From: an uncultured Eubacteriales bacterium
GTDB taxonomy: Bacteria > Bacillota > Clostridia > Oscillospirales > CAG-272
Length of the DNA stretch: 64,000 nucleotides
Reading direction: 5' to 3'
NCBI GenBank assembly: GCA_900545935.1
Contig: URAP01000007.1
Location: forward strand, 4,463 to 68,462
Below, piece after piece: positions 38,359 through 49,130 of this stretch; within the stretch, counting starts at the first letter, position 1, and every line of letters begins with the position of its first letter. Position numbers and translations under genes: made by a program. The notes beneath the pieces were generated by a model. It was given only the letters and a program-made list of their open reading frames with translations, did not search any database and was not told where the DNA came from.

Positions 38359-39465
38359 TCAGTTGTATACGCGGGGAACGCGCTTGCTTATTCCGGTAAC
38401 TACCTCGTACCCGATGGTATCGGCGCGGGCGGCAACATCATCTGCGGTGATACCGCTGCTGCCGAATAGCATTACATCGGTCCCGACCGTGACGCCCGGA
38501 ATATCGGTTACGTCTATCATGAGCATATCCATGCATATGCGCCCGACTATCGGAGCTCGAGCTCCGCCCGCCGAAGGGATAATAACATCACCCGCATATG
38601 CTCGGCGAAAGCCGTCTGCGTATCCGACAGCAACGGTCGCAATGCGTGACGGACGCTCTGTGACAAATGCCGCACCGTAGCTTATCGGCTGCCCCTTGCA
38701 TACGTGGGCAATGTGTGTTACCGTTGACCACAGCTCCATTACCGGCTTTGTCAGCGGCGGCGTGTCGGGAGTTGACTTCAGACCGTAGAGCATTATTCCG
38801 GCACGTACGGCATCTTGATTCTGACACGGCAGCTGCATGAGCGCGGCGCTGTTGCAGAGGTGATTTATAGCGAATTTTCCGCACTTTGCCTCTATAGCCT
38901 CGACAGTCTTGTTGTACGCCGCGATCTGCTTATCGGTGTACTCGCTGTTCGGGGTGTCCGCGCATGAGAGGTGCGAGAATATGCCGTTTATCCGAAGTCC
39001 GGGCAGTGCCAAAACAGCCGATGCCTCGTTAACTCCGCGATCGGTACAGTCGATGCCGACGCGGTTCATTCCGCAGTTTAGTGCGAGATGACCGAGTACA
39101 GGCTTCTGCTCGCGTGTCGACATTGCGGCAGAGGCGAGCTTTGTTGCGTAGGACTTAGAGATAATAGCCTGAGTGATGTTATTCTCGACAAGGATATCGG
39201 CGCATCTCGGATCGGTATAGCCGAGTATGAGAATATCGGCGCGGCGGGTCGCAGCACGAACCTGCAGTGCCTCCGAGAGGTTGGCAACGGCGAAAAATGA
39301 TGCGCCGAGATTGCGCAGCCGGCGCACGACGGGGATGACGCCGTGACCGTAGGCGTCCGCCTTGACTACGCAGATGACGCGGCAGTCGCCGGTCATTCTT
39401 TTTATAGTACCATAGTTTTCGGTGAGATTGTCGAGATTGATTTTTGCATAGGTGAGATCGCTCAT
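38359..39465 (-). CDS. alr: alanine racemase
   Basis: VVKADAYGHG (PLP lysine motif), and the C-terminal GRICMDMLMIDVT and YEVVTGISKRVPR. Confidence 0.9.
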   Translation of the reverse strand: MSDLTYAKINLDNLTENYGTIKRMTGDCRVICVVKADAYGHGVIPVVRRLRNLGASFFAVANLSEALQVRAATRRADILILGYTDPRCADILVENNITQAIISKSYATKLASAAMSTREQKPVLGHLALNCGMNRVGIDCTDRGVNEASAVLALPGLRINGIFSHLSCADTPNSEYTDKQIAAYNKTVEAIEAKCGKFAINHLCNSAALMQLPCQNQDAVRAGIMLYGLKSTPDTPPLTKPVMELWSTVTHIAHVCKGQPISYGAAFVTERPSRIATVAVGYADGFRRAYAGDVIIPSAGGARAPIVGRICMDMLMIDVTDIPGVTVGTDVMLFGSSGITADDVAARADTIGYEVVTGISKRVPRVYN

Positions 39466-39573
39466 GAAATACCTCCGATCTCATCCGCAAAGCGGGAGCG
39501 GATGAAGGGGAAATTTATATATGTGAGTGCGCCGAGCGGAAATTGCGGCGCTGAGTGCCTCGCATCGGTGATA

Positions 39574-40941
39574 TCAGTTGCGGAGACTGTGAATGGGTGC
39601 CGGAATGCGGCCGCCTCTGCCGATAAAGCGGGCAGGAGAACGCATATTGAGCTCCATAATCGGTGCGTGACCGAGCAGACCGCCGAATTCTACATCCTCG
39701 CCGACACCTTTTCCGATAACGGGAATGACGCGAACCGCGGTGGTCTTTCCGTTGATAACACCGATAGCTATCTCATCGGCGATTATACCGCAGATAACGT
39801 CGGCGGGAGTATCGCCCGGAATTGCTATCATATCGAGACCTACCGAGCAGACGGCGGTCATGGCCTCGAGCTTCTCGATAGAGAGCGAGCCTTCGCGAAC
39901 GGCGTTTATCATGCCGCTGTCCTCGGATACCGGAATGAATGCGCCGGAAAGACCGCCGACATGAGAGGATGCCATGGTACCGCCCTTCTTGACTGCGTCG
40001 TTGAGCATCGCGAGAGCCGCGGTCGTACCGTGACAGCCTGTGCATTCAAGACCCATTTCCTCAAGAATCTCGGCGACCGAATCACCGATAGCCGGAGTGG
40101 GAGCGAGTGAGAGGTCGACGATGCCGAACGGAGCATTCAAGCGGCGGGAAGCCTCATAAGCGGTAAGCTGACCCATACGCGTAATCTTGAATGCGGTCTT
40201 TTTGATAACGTCGGCAAGCTCGTCAAGCGGGCAGTCACCTGCGCGGCGAATGGCACTTGCCACAACGCCGGGACCCGAAACGCCGACATTGATAACACGG
40301 TCCGGCTCGCTTACACCGTGGAATGCGCCTGCCATAAAGGGGTTATCCTCGGGAACATTCGAAAATACAACAAGCTTTGCACAGCCTATCGCATCGCGGT
40401 CGGCTGTCAGCTCTGCCGCGCGGCGTACCGTGCTGCCCATCAGCTTTACGGCATCCATATTAATGCCCGCCTTGGTGGACGCTACATTTACCGATGAGCA
40501 GACCATCTCTGTGGAGGAGAGCGCCTCGGGAATAGCCTCAATAAGATTGCGGTCGCCGACGGTCATACCCTTTTGCACGAGCGCACCGAAGCCGCCGATA
40601 AAGTTTATGCCGAGCGTCTGAGCCGCACGGTCGAGCGCTTTTGCCGCAAGGACAAAGCCGTCGGGCTTGAGCGCACCGCCCGCAATGGAGATGGGGGTCA
40701 CCGAAACGCGCTTGTTGATTATCGGAATGCCGTATTCCTTTTCTATCTCCATGCAGACCGGGACGAGACGCTCTGCGCTGCGAGTTACCTTGTCATAGAT
40801 AAGGTCTGCAAAGCGCTTCGAATCATCCGAGCAGCAGTCGAGCAGGGAAATGCCCATTGTGACGGTACGTATATCGAGGTTTTCCTCGCGTATCATATTA
40901 ATAGTTTCGAGGATATCCCCCGTGTTTATCATAGTTGACAT
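39574..40941 (-). CDS. UPF0210 (DUF711, 'PFL family') protein
   Basis: [27 protein letters not shown] at the N-terminus, ~455 aa, and the typical pairing with a small ACT protein upstream. Confidence 0.75.
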   Translation of the reverse strand: MSTMINTGDILETINMIREENLDIRTVTMGISLLDCCSDDSKRFADLIYDKVTRSAERLVPVCMEIEKEYGIPIINKRVSVTPISIAGGALKPDGFVLAAKALDRAAQTLGINFIGGFGALVQKGMTVGDRNLIEAIPEALSSTEMVCSSVNVASTKAGINMDAVKLMGSTVRRAAELTADRDAIGCAKLVVFSNVPEDNPFMAGAFHGVSEPDRVINVGVSGPGVVASAIRRAGDCPLDELADVIKKTAFKITRMGQLTAYEASRRLNAPFGIVDLSLAPTPAIGDSVAEILEEMGLECTGCHGTTAALAMLNDAVKKGGTMASSHVGGLSGAFIPVSEDSGMINAVREGSLSIEKLEAMTAVCSVGLDMIAIPGDTPADVICGIIADEIAIGVINGKTTAVRVIPVIGKGVGEDVEFGGLLGHAPIMELNMRSPARFIGRGGRIPAPIHSLRN

Positions 40942-40953
40942 CGCGCACCTCGA

Positions 40954-41223
40954 TCAAATTCTGTGCATGGCGGAGAACAGCTCCTCATGCATGGTATGTA
41001 TTTCGAGCGAGTTTTCATGACCGAGCGCGGTCATACGGTCGACAAAGTCGGAGAACGGGATGCTCAGCTTGTCGATGTCGGTAAGCATGATCATTGCGAA
41101 CAAATCTCCGAGGACGCTCTGCGTTATGTCGATTATATTTACGCCGTTTGCGGCACATTCCGCGCTGACCTTGGCGATGATGCCGCTCGTGTCGCGACCG
41201 GTTACGGTGATAACAGTCTTCAT
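40954..41223 (-). CDS. ACT-domain protein (UPF0237 type)
   Basis: 89 aa. VITVTGRDTSGIIAKVSAECAANGVNIIDITQ. Confidence 0.8.
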   Translation of the reverse strand: MKTVITVTGRDTSGIIAKVSAECAANGVNIIDITQSVLGDLFAMIMLTDIDKLSIPFSDFVDRMTALGHENSLEIHTMHEELFSAMHRI

Positions 41224-41315
41224 AAGTAAATAACCTCCGATTCTCCGGATGCTGCCGGAGCTGAATTGTAGTGTTCTTCGGGTAGTCCCCCGAGCAATAG
41301 TATTATTAATATATA

Positions 41316-41344
41316 ATTATACATTAAAGCGGAGATATTATCAA
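41316..41344 (-). promoter_or_regulatory. sigma-A type promoter for the ACT/UPF0210 operon
   Basis: Minus strand: TTGATA, 17 nt spacer, TATAAT. Confidence 0.55.
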
Positions 41345-41838
41345 GTGGTTGCACGGTTATTTTTTTCAAAAATCGGCAAAAGAAATACTCAGAGCCGCAT
41401 ATTCGCCGCGATGTAAACAATTTGTTCACATTTAAAATACATAATCAAACAATCATATCATAAAATGGATATACAGCGATATAATCGCCTGTTTTTCACA
41501 TTTTTTCGCATTGTGCATAACGTAGAAATTGCAGGCTTAATTTTGTCGAAAATGACACAAAAAATGCGACCGATTACCTGATACAAGAATCAAAACAAAA
41601 TCCATAAAATGGACACATTTATGATAAAAAGCACCGAGTTTATCATTTCGCGTGAGTATTAGGTCGAAAAACACACGGCCATATCGGGGCTTTTTCGTCG
41701 CCCGGAGACTTTTTTGCCGACCGTCCGCGGGTGCTCGACAGAGCGTATCTGCACGGGTGTGCCGAACTCGGAAAAAAACGGATGAGGGCATGTCGCGGAG
41801 TATGGCTGTGCATGAAAAATCTGTTCATAAATCGGTGC

Positions 41839-41867
41839 TTGACTTTTGTGTATATATATGATATCAT
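41839..41867 (+). promoter_or_regulatory. sigma-A type promoter for the carbohydrate ABC locus
   Basis: TTGACT, 17 nt spacer, TGa-TATCAT. Confidence 0.55.
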
Positions 41868-41949
41868 TTTAAAAGCAATTTTTCTGCGCATATGACATGC
41901 TATGCGCACACACCGCAAGTGTGAAATGGAACTGGAGGAATCAATTTTC

Positions 41950-44900
41950 ATGAAGAAATCGCACGTTTTCAAAGCGCTTTCTGCTTTTCTCCTTGCCGCG
42001 ACTATCACCGGTACGTTTGTGCCGGTCTTTGCGGCGGGCGAGGATACGCAGAAGGGGTCGAACGGGGTCGATCTTACAAGTGTAACCCCGGCGGCGGACG
42101 ATTCCGCTGTCGGTGAGAGCACGAGAGGGTCGAACGGCCTCGGCGAGCGCACCGCTGCCGAGATCATGACCCTTGTCGACACCGACTCATACATGAATTA
42201 CAGTGAGCGCAATGCATCCAAGCCGAAAGCGAAGCAGACCGTTGTCATTCAGGGCTCGGATTACGACGCGGAGAGCACCACCGCGGCGGTTGAGGTTTAT
42301 TCCGATTATGAGGGACGTTCCAACTGTCTCTATACTCCCGAGACCGAGACGGTCACATGGAAGTTTACCGTGCCCGAGACCGGCAAGTATGCGATAAAGC
42401 TCAACTATTATACAGTCAAGGCTACTAATACCACGGTGGAGCGCATGCTCTTCATCGACGGTAAGCTGCCGTTCTCCGAGACCCGTTATCTCTACTTCCC
42501 GAGAACTTGGGAGTATGAGTACGTGTACGACGATGACGGAAATAGAACCTTCGACCACGATATGAACGGAAACGATATCCGTCCCGTAAGAAACGAGGTA
42601 TTCCAGTGGAGAGAGTATTATCTCCGTGACTGGGTCGGCTTTACGATGGAACCGTTCGAGTTCTACCTTGAGGCAGGCGAGCATGAGCTTACCTTTGAGG
42701 CGAACCGCGAGCCGATGATCATCGACACGATCACCCTCTATCCCTACATTGAGGCTTCCGATTATAACGAGGTTGCTCAGGGATGGGTAAACGACGGACT
42801 CAAGCTCGTTCATCTCGACGAGCCTATCAAGGTTCAGGCAGAGCAGCCTACGACCATCTCGATGCAGAGTATGTTTCCGGCGAACGACCGTACCTCCGCG
42901 CTCACCGAGCCGCAGGACCCGTCGCGTATCCGTTACAACGTGCTTGACTATGCAAACTGCAATATGTTCGCCACCTACAAGGTGACGGTTCCGGAAGACG
43001 GCCTCTACCGTATCGCTGTCAGATACCGTCAGAACGCCCTTATCGGAATGTTCTCCTCCAGACGTATATATATAAATGATGAAGTTCAGTTTTCGGAGGC
43101 GGAGCGGATCCGCTTCGTATATAATACCGGCTTCCAGTCCGAGGTGCTCGGAAACGAAGAACGCGAATTTGTCTTCCATTTTAATAAAGGCGAGAATACA
43201 GTGACCTTTGAGGCGGTTCTCGGAGATATGATCGAGTATGTCTACAAGATCCGCGGAATGGTCGATGAGCTGTATGAAGCATATCAGCTGTTACTCATGA
43301 TCACCGGTCCTAACCCCGATGCAAACCGTGACTACGGCTTCAGCCGTATAGCCGGCTCTGCTATACTTACTATCGCAAAGGCATCAAAGGAGCTGTATGC
43401 CATTGTCGATGAGCTCGTCGCTATAACCGGCGAGAAGGGCGACCAGGTCAATACGCTCGAGACGGCGGCGCTGCTCTTCAAGCAGATGTCGCAGGATGAG
43501 TACAAGATCGCGGGTAACTTCGTATCATTCAAAAACTACATCGTCATGCTTTCCAACTGGATGTACACATCACTGTCTCAGCCGATAAAGCTCGACTACT
43601 TTGAGATACTCGGAGATGAGGGCGTTGCTCCGCAGGCAGTCGCTTCCTTTAACCAGTCTGCATGGTTTGAGGTCAAGGCGTTCGTTATGTCCTTCTTTAT
43701 GGACTATACGACGATAGGCTTCAAGGCAGAGAGCGACGATGAGGTTTATGACGACTATATCACGATGTGGGCGACGAGCGACCGCGAGACGATGCTTATC
43801 AACCGACGCATAATCGACTCGAACTTCACACCGCAATATAATATAGGATTGACGATCAAGGTCATAAATGCCGGACTCGAGCAGGCGATACTCGCCGGTA
43901 TCGGTCCCGATATCTCGGATATGACCACGACGAACGCCATAACATGGGGACTTCGTACGGCGGTCGAAAAGCTCAACGATACAAACGATCCTTCGGTCGG
44001 CTTTGAGGGCTTCGACGAGGCGTGCGAGGATATAGATCCGGCCGCGCTCAAGACGTGTACGCTTTACGGCGTGACCTATGCGCTGCCTAAGACGATGGAC
44101 TTCCCGATGATGTTCTACCGCCTCGATATCCTTGCCGAGCTCGGACTCGAGATCCCGGAGACGTGGGATGAGCTGTACGACATGATGAGCGTTCTTCAGA
44201 ACAAGAAGCTCGAGGTCGGACTTCCCGTCGGACTTCCCGGACTTCAGGTATTCCTCTATCAGCAGGGCATTGACCTTTATACCGACGACGGTTGGCGAAC
44301 AAACCTCGATTCTCATGAGGCGCTCTCCGCTTTCGATACATACGCAGGCTTCTTCCGCAAGTACTCGAGTCCCGTTGCGTGGGATACTTCACGTTTCCGT
44401 ACCGGAGAGATCCCGGTCATGATGTCGAGCAACGGTGCTGCGGCTACTGCAAACCAGAGTGCGGTCAGCTTCTATAATGAGCTGATGAACTATGTCGAGC
44501 TCCGCGGACTGTGGGAGATAGCTCCGATGCTTGCAACTGTTGTCGAGAATGACGACGGAACTCTTTCGCAGAACTGGTCGAGCGTTGTGCTTGTCACCGG
44601 TATGATAATCCCGCGCGGCTCGAACAACCCCGAGTCGAGCTGGAAGTACCTCAAGTGGTACGTATCGAGCGATACTCAGGAGCGTATGCGTAACGAGACC
44701 ATCGCGGTTTCACCTCTGCCTACGACCAAGTATAATACGGCAAACACCAAGGTATTCCTCAATCAGCCGTGGACCGCGAGCGAGTATGCCGCAGTCTCGA
44801 AGCAGATGAAGCAGCTCTGCGGTATCACCGAGTATCCCGGACACTACATCGTTCCTACATATGTTAAGAACGCATTTATGGACGTGTACAACAGCGGTGC

Positions 44901-45054
44901 TGATGCATCTAACGCGATGCTTGACCGTATCTACGATATAAACCGTGAGATTTCACGTAAGCGTCAGGAGTTCGGTATGGATGCTTACGATATCTCGTAT
45001 TCCGGCGTTGATTACACCAAAAAGACCGGCTCCGAGACCACGGACGGCGAGTAA
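41950..45054 (+). CDS. very large extracellular solute-binding protein: two CBM-like beta-sandwich modules fused to a family-1 sugar SBP domain
   Basis: Start at MKKSHVF (GGAGGA RBS); the ORF is open from 41902. Signal peptide has no lipobox Cys. There are two similar modules (KFTVPETGKYAIKLNYYT...ELTFEA; TYKVTVPEDGLYRIAVRYRQ...TVTFEA). The C-terminal ~450 aa look SBP-like and permease genes follow. Confidence 0.7.
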   Translation: MKKSHVFKALSAFLLAATITGTFVPVFAAGEDTQKGSNGVDLTSVTPAADDSAVGESTRGSNGLGERTAAEIMTLVDTDSYMNYSERNASKPKAKQTVVIQGSDYDAESTTAAVEVYSDYEGRSNCLYTPETETVTWKFTVPETGKYAIKLNYYTVKATNTTVERMLFIDGKLPFSETRYLYFPRTWEYEYVYDDDGNRTFDHDMNGNDIRPVRNEVFQWREYYLRDWVGFTMEPFEFYLEAGEHELTFEANREPMIIDTITLYPYIEASDYNEVAQGWVNDGLKLVHLDEPIKVQAEQPTTISMQSMFPANDRTSALTEPQDPSRIRYNVLDYANCNMFATYKVTVPEDGLYRIAVRYRQNALIGMFSSRRIYINDEVQFSEAERIRFVYNTGFQSEVLGNEEREFVFHFNKGENTVTFEAVLGDMIEYVYKIRGMVDELYEAYQLLLMITGPNPDANRDYGFSRIAGSAILTIAKASKELYAIVDELVAITGEKGDQVNTLETAALLFKQMSQDEYKIAGNFVSFKNYIVMLSNWMYTSLSQPIKLDYFEILGDEGVAPQAVASFNQSAWFEVKAFVMSFFMDYTTIGFKAESDDEVYDDYITMWATSDRETMLINRRIIDSNFTPQYNIGLTIKVINAGLEQAILAGIGPDISDMTTTNAITWGLRTAVEKLNDTNDPSVGFEGFDEACEDIDPAALKTCTLYGVTYALPKTMDFPMMFYRLDILAELGLEIPETWDELYDMMSVLQNKKLEVGLPVGLPGLQVFLYQQGIDLYTDDGWRTNLDSHEALSAFDTYAGFFRKYSSPVAWDTSRFRTGEIPVMMSSNGAAATANQSAVSFYNELMNYVELRGLWEIAPMLATVVENDDGTLSQNWSSVVLVTGMIIPRGSNNPESSWKYLKWYVSSDTQERMRNETIAVSPLPTTKYNTANTKVFLNQPWTASEYAAVSKQMKQLCGITEYPGHYIVPTYVKNAFMDVYNSGADASNAMLDRIYDINREISRKRQEFGMDAYDISYSGVDYTKKTGSETTDGE

Positions 45055-45071
45055 TTACCGACAGAATAAAA

Positions 45072-45097
45072 GCTCTCCTGCCGCAGGGCGGGAGAGC
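45072..45097 (+). other. intra-operon stem-loop after the binding-protein gene
   Basis: GCTCTCC-tgccgcagggcg-GGAGAGC with no T-tract. Such hairpins commonly stabilise the SBP segment of the transcript. Confidence 0.4.
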
Positions 45098-45135
45098 GTA
45101 CGAGATATTCAGACTTAAACAGAGAGGTTTTTCCG

Positions 45136-46107
45136 ATGACAGAACAAGTTGCAGTCAAGGGTCAGCAGCCTGCTGAGGAAAAGAAAGAGAAAACGAAAAA
45201 GGAAATGACTCGTTTTCAGTGGACATGGCACGAAATGAAGCGCCAGAAGGTCGGCTATTACATGGTAATACCGTTCTTGATCATGTTCATCTGCTTTACG
45301 GTCATCCCTGTTCTGCTTTCTATTCTGCTCAGCTTTACTTCCTTTAATATGCTGCAGATGCCCAAGTTTATATTCCTTGATAACTATTTACGCATGTTTC
45401 TCGATGACGACCTGTTTATAACTGCGTTTAAAAACACGCTGATATTTGCGGTCGCAACGGGACCTACCTCGTATATACTTTCCTTCCTTGTTGCATGGTT
45501 CATTAATGAGCTGTCTCCGAGAATGAGAGCATTCGTAACGGTTATCTTCTACTCCCCCTCCATTGCCGGCTCTGCTTACGTTGTTTGGCAGGTTATCTTC
45601 AGAGAGGATATCTACGGCTATGTCAACGGTTGGCTGATGAAGATGGGCTTCATTTCATCACCTATCGCATTCTTCTCGAACGCATCCTATGTTGTTCCGA
45701 TAGTCATCATAGTTTCGCTGTGGTCGAGTCTCGGAACCGCATTCCTTGCATTTATCGCAGGTCTGCAGGGCGTTGACCGCCATCTCTACGAGGCAGGCGC
45801 GGTCGACGGTATCAAGAACCGTTGGCAGGAGCTGTGGTACATTACTCTGCCGAGTATGAAGAGCATGCTGATGTTCGGTGCGGTCCAGGCAATAACCGGA
45901 GCCTTCGGCTTCGGAGCGATAGTCGATGCACTGTGCGGTAACCCGTCGGTCGACTACTGCGCGTGGACGCTTACGCACCATCTTAACGAGTACATGACAA
46001 CAAGATTTGAGTTCGGATATGCTTCTGCGATTTCGCTTGTGCTGTTCCTGCTCTGCTTCGGATCGAATATTGCGGTCCAGAAATTCCTTTCAAAGGTGGG
46101 ACAGTGA
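45136..46107 (+). CDS. carbohydrate ABC transporter permease (MalF/UgpA-like)
   Basis: Six-TM protein with an EAA loop (EAGAVDGIKNRWQELWYITLPSM). Confidence 0.85.
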   Translation: MTEQVAVKGQQPAEEKKEKTKKEMTRFQWTWHEMKRQKVGYYMVIPFLIMFICFTVIPVLLSILLSFTSFNMLQMPKFIFLDNYLRMFLDDDLFITAFKNTLIFAVATGPTSYILSFLVAWFINELSPRMRAFVTVIFYSPSIAGSAYVVWQVIFREDIYGYVNGWLMKMGFISSPIAFFSNASYVVPIVIIVSLWSSLGTAFLAFIAGLQGVDRHLYEAGAVDGIKNRWQELWYITLPSMKSMLMFGAVQAITGAFGFGAIVDALCGNPSVDYCAWTLTHHLNEYMTTRFEFGYASAISLVLFLLCFGSNIAVQKFLSKVGQ

Positions 46108-46108
46108 C

Positions 46109-46981
46109 ATGAAGAAGACGAAAAAGCTCAGAACAAGAAAGCACGCCGTTGTCCTTAACCGAAGCGCAGGCGGCGACGCAGGCATTACCATACTGCTTGT
46201 AATTCTCGGCATATTCATGTTTCTGCCGATGTGGTTTACCCTTGTAAACTCTCTCAAGCCTCTCGGCGAGATGAGCCTTACTCCTCCGCGTTTCTACGTA
46301 ATAAAGCCGACGCTCAAGAATTTCGCCGATCTGTTTACGAACATCAACGCGACATGGGTGCCTATCTCCCGTTATCTCTTTAATACCATTTTTATTTCGG
46401 TAGGAGCAACGGTCGGATGCCTTGTGCTCGGTTCTATGAGTGCATATTCCATCTCGAAGATACGCTTCCCGGGCTATAAGATAGTAATGAACATCATCGT
46501 ATATTCGCTGATGATCTCCTCTACCATCTCGAGTCTTACAAACTTTATCGTATATGTTGCACTCGGATGGCTCAATACCTACACGATTTCCATCGTGCCG
46601 ATTTGGGCATCTACCCTCGGACTTTACCTGATGAAGCAGTTCATAGACAGCAATGTTTCCGACGAGATGATCGAGGCTGCCCGTATCGACGGTGCTAACG
46701 AGATGTACATCTACTCGCGCATAGTTATGCCGCTTGTAAAGCCCGCATGGCTGACGCTTATCATCACAACATTCCAGAACGTGTGGAACAGCGGCGCTTC
46801 TCCCTATGTATGGAGTGAGCAGCTAAAGACCTTTAACAGCGCGGTCGCAACCATTTCTACGGTTTCGACCGGTGCCGGCTCCGCTGCCGCAGTGCTGACA
46901 ATGGCTGTGCCGATCATAATATTCATCGTATCTCAGGCTCAGATCGTTGAGACGATGGGATCCTCGGGAATGAAGGACTGA
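46109..46981 (+). CDS. carbohydrate ABC transporter permease (MalG/UgpE-like)
   Basis: Start at MKKTKKL, overlapping the upstream stop (TGACATG). EAA loop EAARIDGANEMYIYSRIVMPL. Confidence 0.85.
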   Translation: MKKTKKLRTRKHAVVLNRSAGGDAGITILLVILGIFMFLPMWFTLVNSLKPLGEMSLTPPRFYVIKPTLKNFADLFTNINATWVPISRYLFNTIFISVGATVGCLVLGSMSAYSISKIRFPGYKIVMNIIVYSLMISSTISSLTNFIVYVALGWLNTYTISIVPIWASTLGLYLMKQFIDSNVSDEMIEAARIDGANEMYIYSRIVMPLVKPAWLTLIITTFQNVWNSGASPYVWSEQLKTFNSAVATISTVSTGAGSAAAVLTMAVPIIIFIVSQAQIVETMGSSGMKD

Positions 46982-46997
46982 GAAAGGAAGGCACTCA

Positions 46998-49103
46998 ATG
47001 CAGAAGAAAAAGAAAATAAGAGTCGCCTTTCTTATGCTGGCGATACTGATGCTTGTAACATCGGTTCTTCCGGTGTTTGCGGCATCATCCTATCAGACTT
47101 ATACCTACACAACATTCGGTATTTCCGCACCCTCGCCGGATGCATATACCCCGTATAAGACCTACCATGCCAAGGATATAGGCCTTGCCGGTGCTAACCT
47201 CGATAATCTTACCGATATCGAGGTGGATGATAAGAATAATGTATATCTCGCCGATCCCGGCAATAACAGAATTCTTATCCTTGACCCCTACCTCCAGTAC
47301 AAGTCTGCTATTCAGACCTTCGTAAACGAGGAGGGTATTCGCGATAAGCTCGCAGAGCCGAACGGTGTCTTTGTCACCGCAGAGAAGATATTCGTTGCCG
47401 ATACGAACAACAGCCGTATAGTTGTTTTCGACCGAAACGGAAGCTTCCTCTATCAGCTCCGTGAGCCGCAGTCTACCGTATTCCCGACCGGCTCTATCTA
47501 CAAGCCGATCGCGATCGCGGTCGACAATGCAGAGCGTATCTATGTCGTTTCGTCCACCACATACATGGGCGTTATCGTACTTGATTCGCAGGGCGAATTT
47601 CAGAACTTTATCGGTTCTCAGACGGTCTCGGTAAGTGCCCTTGAGCTTATGTGGCGTTCGTTCATGAGCGCAAAGCAGAGAGCACTCACCAAGAAGAACG
47701 TCTCGACCGAGTATAACAACATTACTATCGACGAGGACGGCTTCGTATATGTAACCACCTCTTCGATAAAGGAAGAGTCGCAGTACACAAGTATCAAAGG
47801 CGATACGACCTATGCACCGGTCAAGAAGCTCAATGCTTCCGGTACCGACGTTATGACGCATAACGGCTTCTTCGGTCCTTACGGCGAGGTCGCTACGAAC
47901 GCAATCGGAAGATCCACGAACGAGACCGGCGTATCGCGTGTCGTTGACGCTGCGGTAGGACCCGAGGGCACATGGTCGCTTATCGATGACAAGCGCTCGA
48001 GAGTCTACACCTACGACGACAGCGGTAACCTGCTGTTCGCTTTCGGTGCAAAGGGTCAGATGCTCGGTAACCTCTCGACCGTTTCCGGTATCACCTATCA
48101 GGATTCCAAGATACTGCTTCTCGACAAGAGTGATGCAAGTATTACGGTATTCAACCGTACCGAGTACGGAGATGTCCTTATCTCCGCTCTTCAGCACAAC
48201 AACGACAGGCAGTATGATCTCGCAGTTTCCGACTGGGAGACGATACTGCAGTATAACAACAACTTCGATACAGCCTATATCGGTATCGGTCAGAGCTATT
48301 TCCGCTCCGGTAACTGGTCTAAGGCTATGGAGTACTTTAGTTTCGCTGCCGATACCGATAACTATAACAACGCCTTTAAGATGTGGCGTCAGGAATGGAT
48401 ATCCAAGTACGCGCTTGTTATCCCTGTTGTAATCATCGTGTTCTTTGTACTCCTTGCCAAGTACTTCAAGTGGGCAGGCAAGGTCAACAAGGCTGCAACG
48501 CTCAAGCGCGGACGGCGTACCTATAAGGAGGAGCTGCTTTATTCGGCTCACCTTATCTTCCATCCGTTCGACGGCTTCTGGGATCTGAAGCATGAGAACC
48601 GGGGCTCGGTTCGCGGAGCACTGACCTTTATCGGTCTGACCATCGTTTCATTCTGCTTTAAATATGCAGGAATAAATGTGTTCTTCGAGATAATAGGAGT
48701 TATGCTTCCGATAATGCTCTTCGTTACCGCGAACTGGTGTCTTACGACACTGTTTGAGGGTGAGGGCAGCTTCAAGGATATCTTTGTTGCCACCGGCTAT
48801 GCCGTTGCGCCGCTGCCTTTTATGACCATACTCTCCACGGCACTTGCTAATGTACTTACCGCAGAGGAATCCGGCATACTCACTATGATTAACAATATTG
48901 CATACGTGTGGGTCGGAATACTGCTGTTCTTCGGCGTTATGATAACGCATGATTATCAGCTCGGCAAGAACATTCTTACCATTATCGGTACTATTGTCGG
49001 AATGATAGTAATTGTCTTTCTCGTAGCCCTGTTCGCAACACTGATAGGCAAGATCATCAGCTTCATTTCCAACATAATCACAGAGCTTTCCTTCAGGACA
49101 TAA
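46998..49103 (+). CDS. secreted NHL-repeat beta-propeller fused to a C-terminal YIP1-type multi-TM domain
   Basis: Signal peptide. NHL-like strands (VYLADPGNNRILILD, IFVADTNNSRIVVFD, RIYVVSS). A TPR-like segment. The C-terminus has about five TM helices typical of the Yip1 domain. Confidence 0.6.
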   Translation: MQKKKKIRVAFLMLAILMLVTSVLPVFAASSYQTYTYTTFGISAPSPDAYTPYKTYHAKDIGLAGANLDNLTDIEVDDKNNVYLADPGNNRILILDPYLQYKSAIQTFVNEEGIRDKLAEPNGVFVTAEKIFVADTNNSRIVVFDRNGSFLYQLREPQSTVFPTGSIYKPIAIAVDNAERIYVVSSTTYMGVIVLDSQGEFQNFIGSQTVSVSALELMWRSFMSAKQRALTKKNVSTEYNNITIDEDGFVYVTTSSIKEESQYTSIKGDTTYAPVKKLNASGTDVMTHNGFFGPYGEVATNAIGRSTNETGVSRVVDAAVGPEGTWSLIDDKRSRVYTYDDSGNLLFAFGAKGQMLGNLSTVSGITYQDSKILLLDKSDASITVFNRTEYGDVLISALQHNNDRQYDLAVSDWETILQYNNNFDTAYIGIGQSYFRSGNWSKAMEYFSFAADTDNYNNAFKMWRQEWISKYALVIPVVIIVFFVLLAKYFKWAGKVNKAATLKRGRRTYKEELLYSAHLIFHPFDGFWDLKHENRGSVRGALTFIGLTIVSFCFKYAGINVFFEIIGVMLPIMLFVTANWCLTTLFEGEGSFKDIFVATGYAVAPLPFMTILSTALANVLTAEESGILTMINNIAYVWVGILLFFGVMITHDYQLGKNILTIIGTIVGMIVIVFLVALFATLIGKIISFISNIITELSFRT

Positions 49104-49130
49104 GCACAAGGCAAAAAGGAGAAAAGATAG

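Noticed and set aside
41224-41315. Possible riboswitch in the ACT/UPF0210 leader
   Set aside because: Only two simple hairpins (TCGGG/CCCGA and CTCCGG/CCGGAG) lie in a ~90-nt UTR, and they match no aptamer I know. The evidence is insufficient.
41537-42194. Minus-strand ORFs (84 aa and 183 aa) upstream of, and overlapping, the SBP gene start; possible missing regulator
   Set aside because: No recognisable DNA-binding or other motifs. The 183-aa ORF overlaps the well-supported SBP signal peptide region. The GC-rich patch at 41640-41800 remains unexplained, but I cannot support a gene call.
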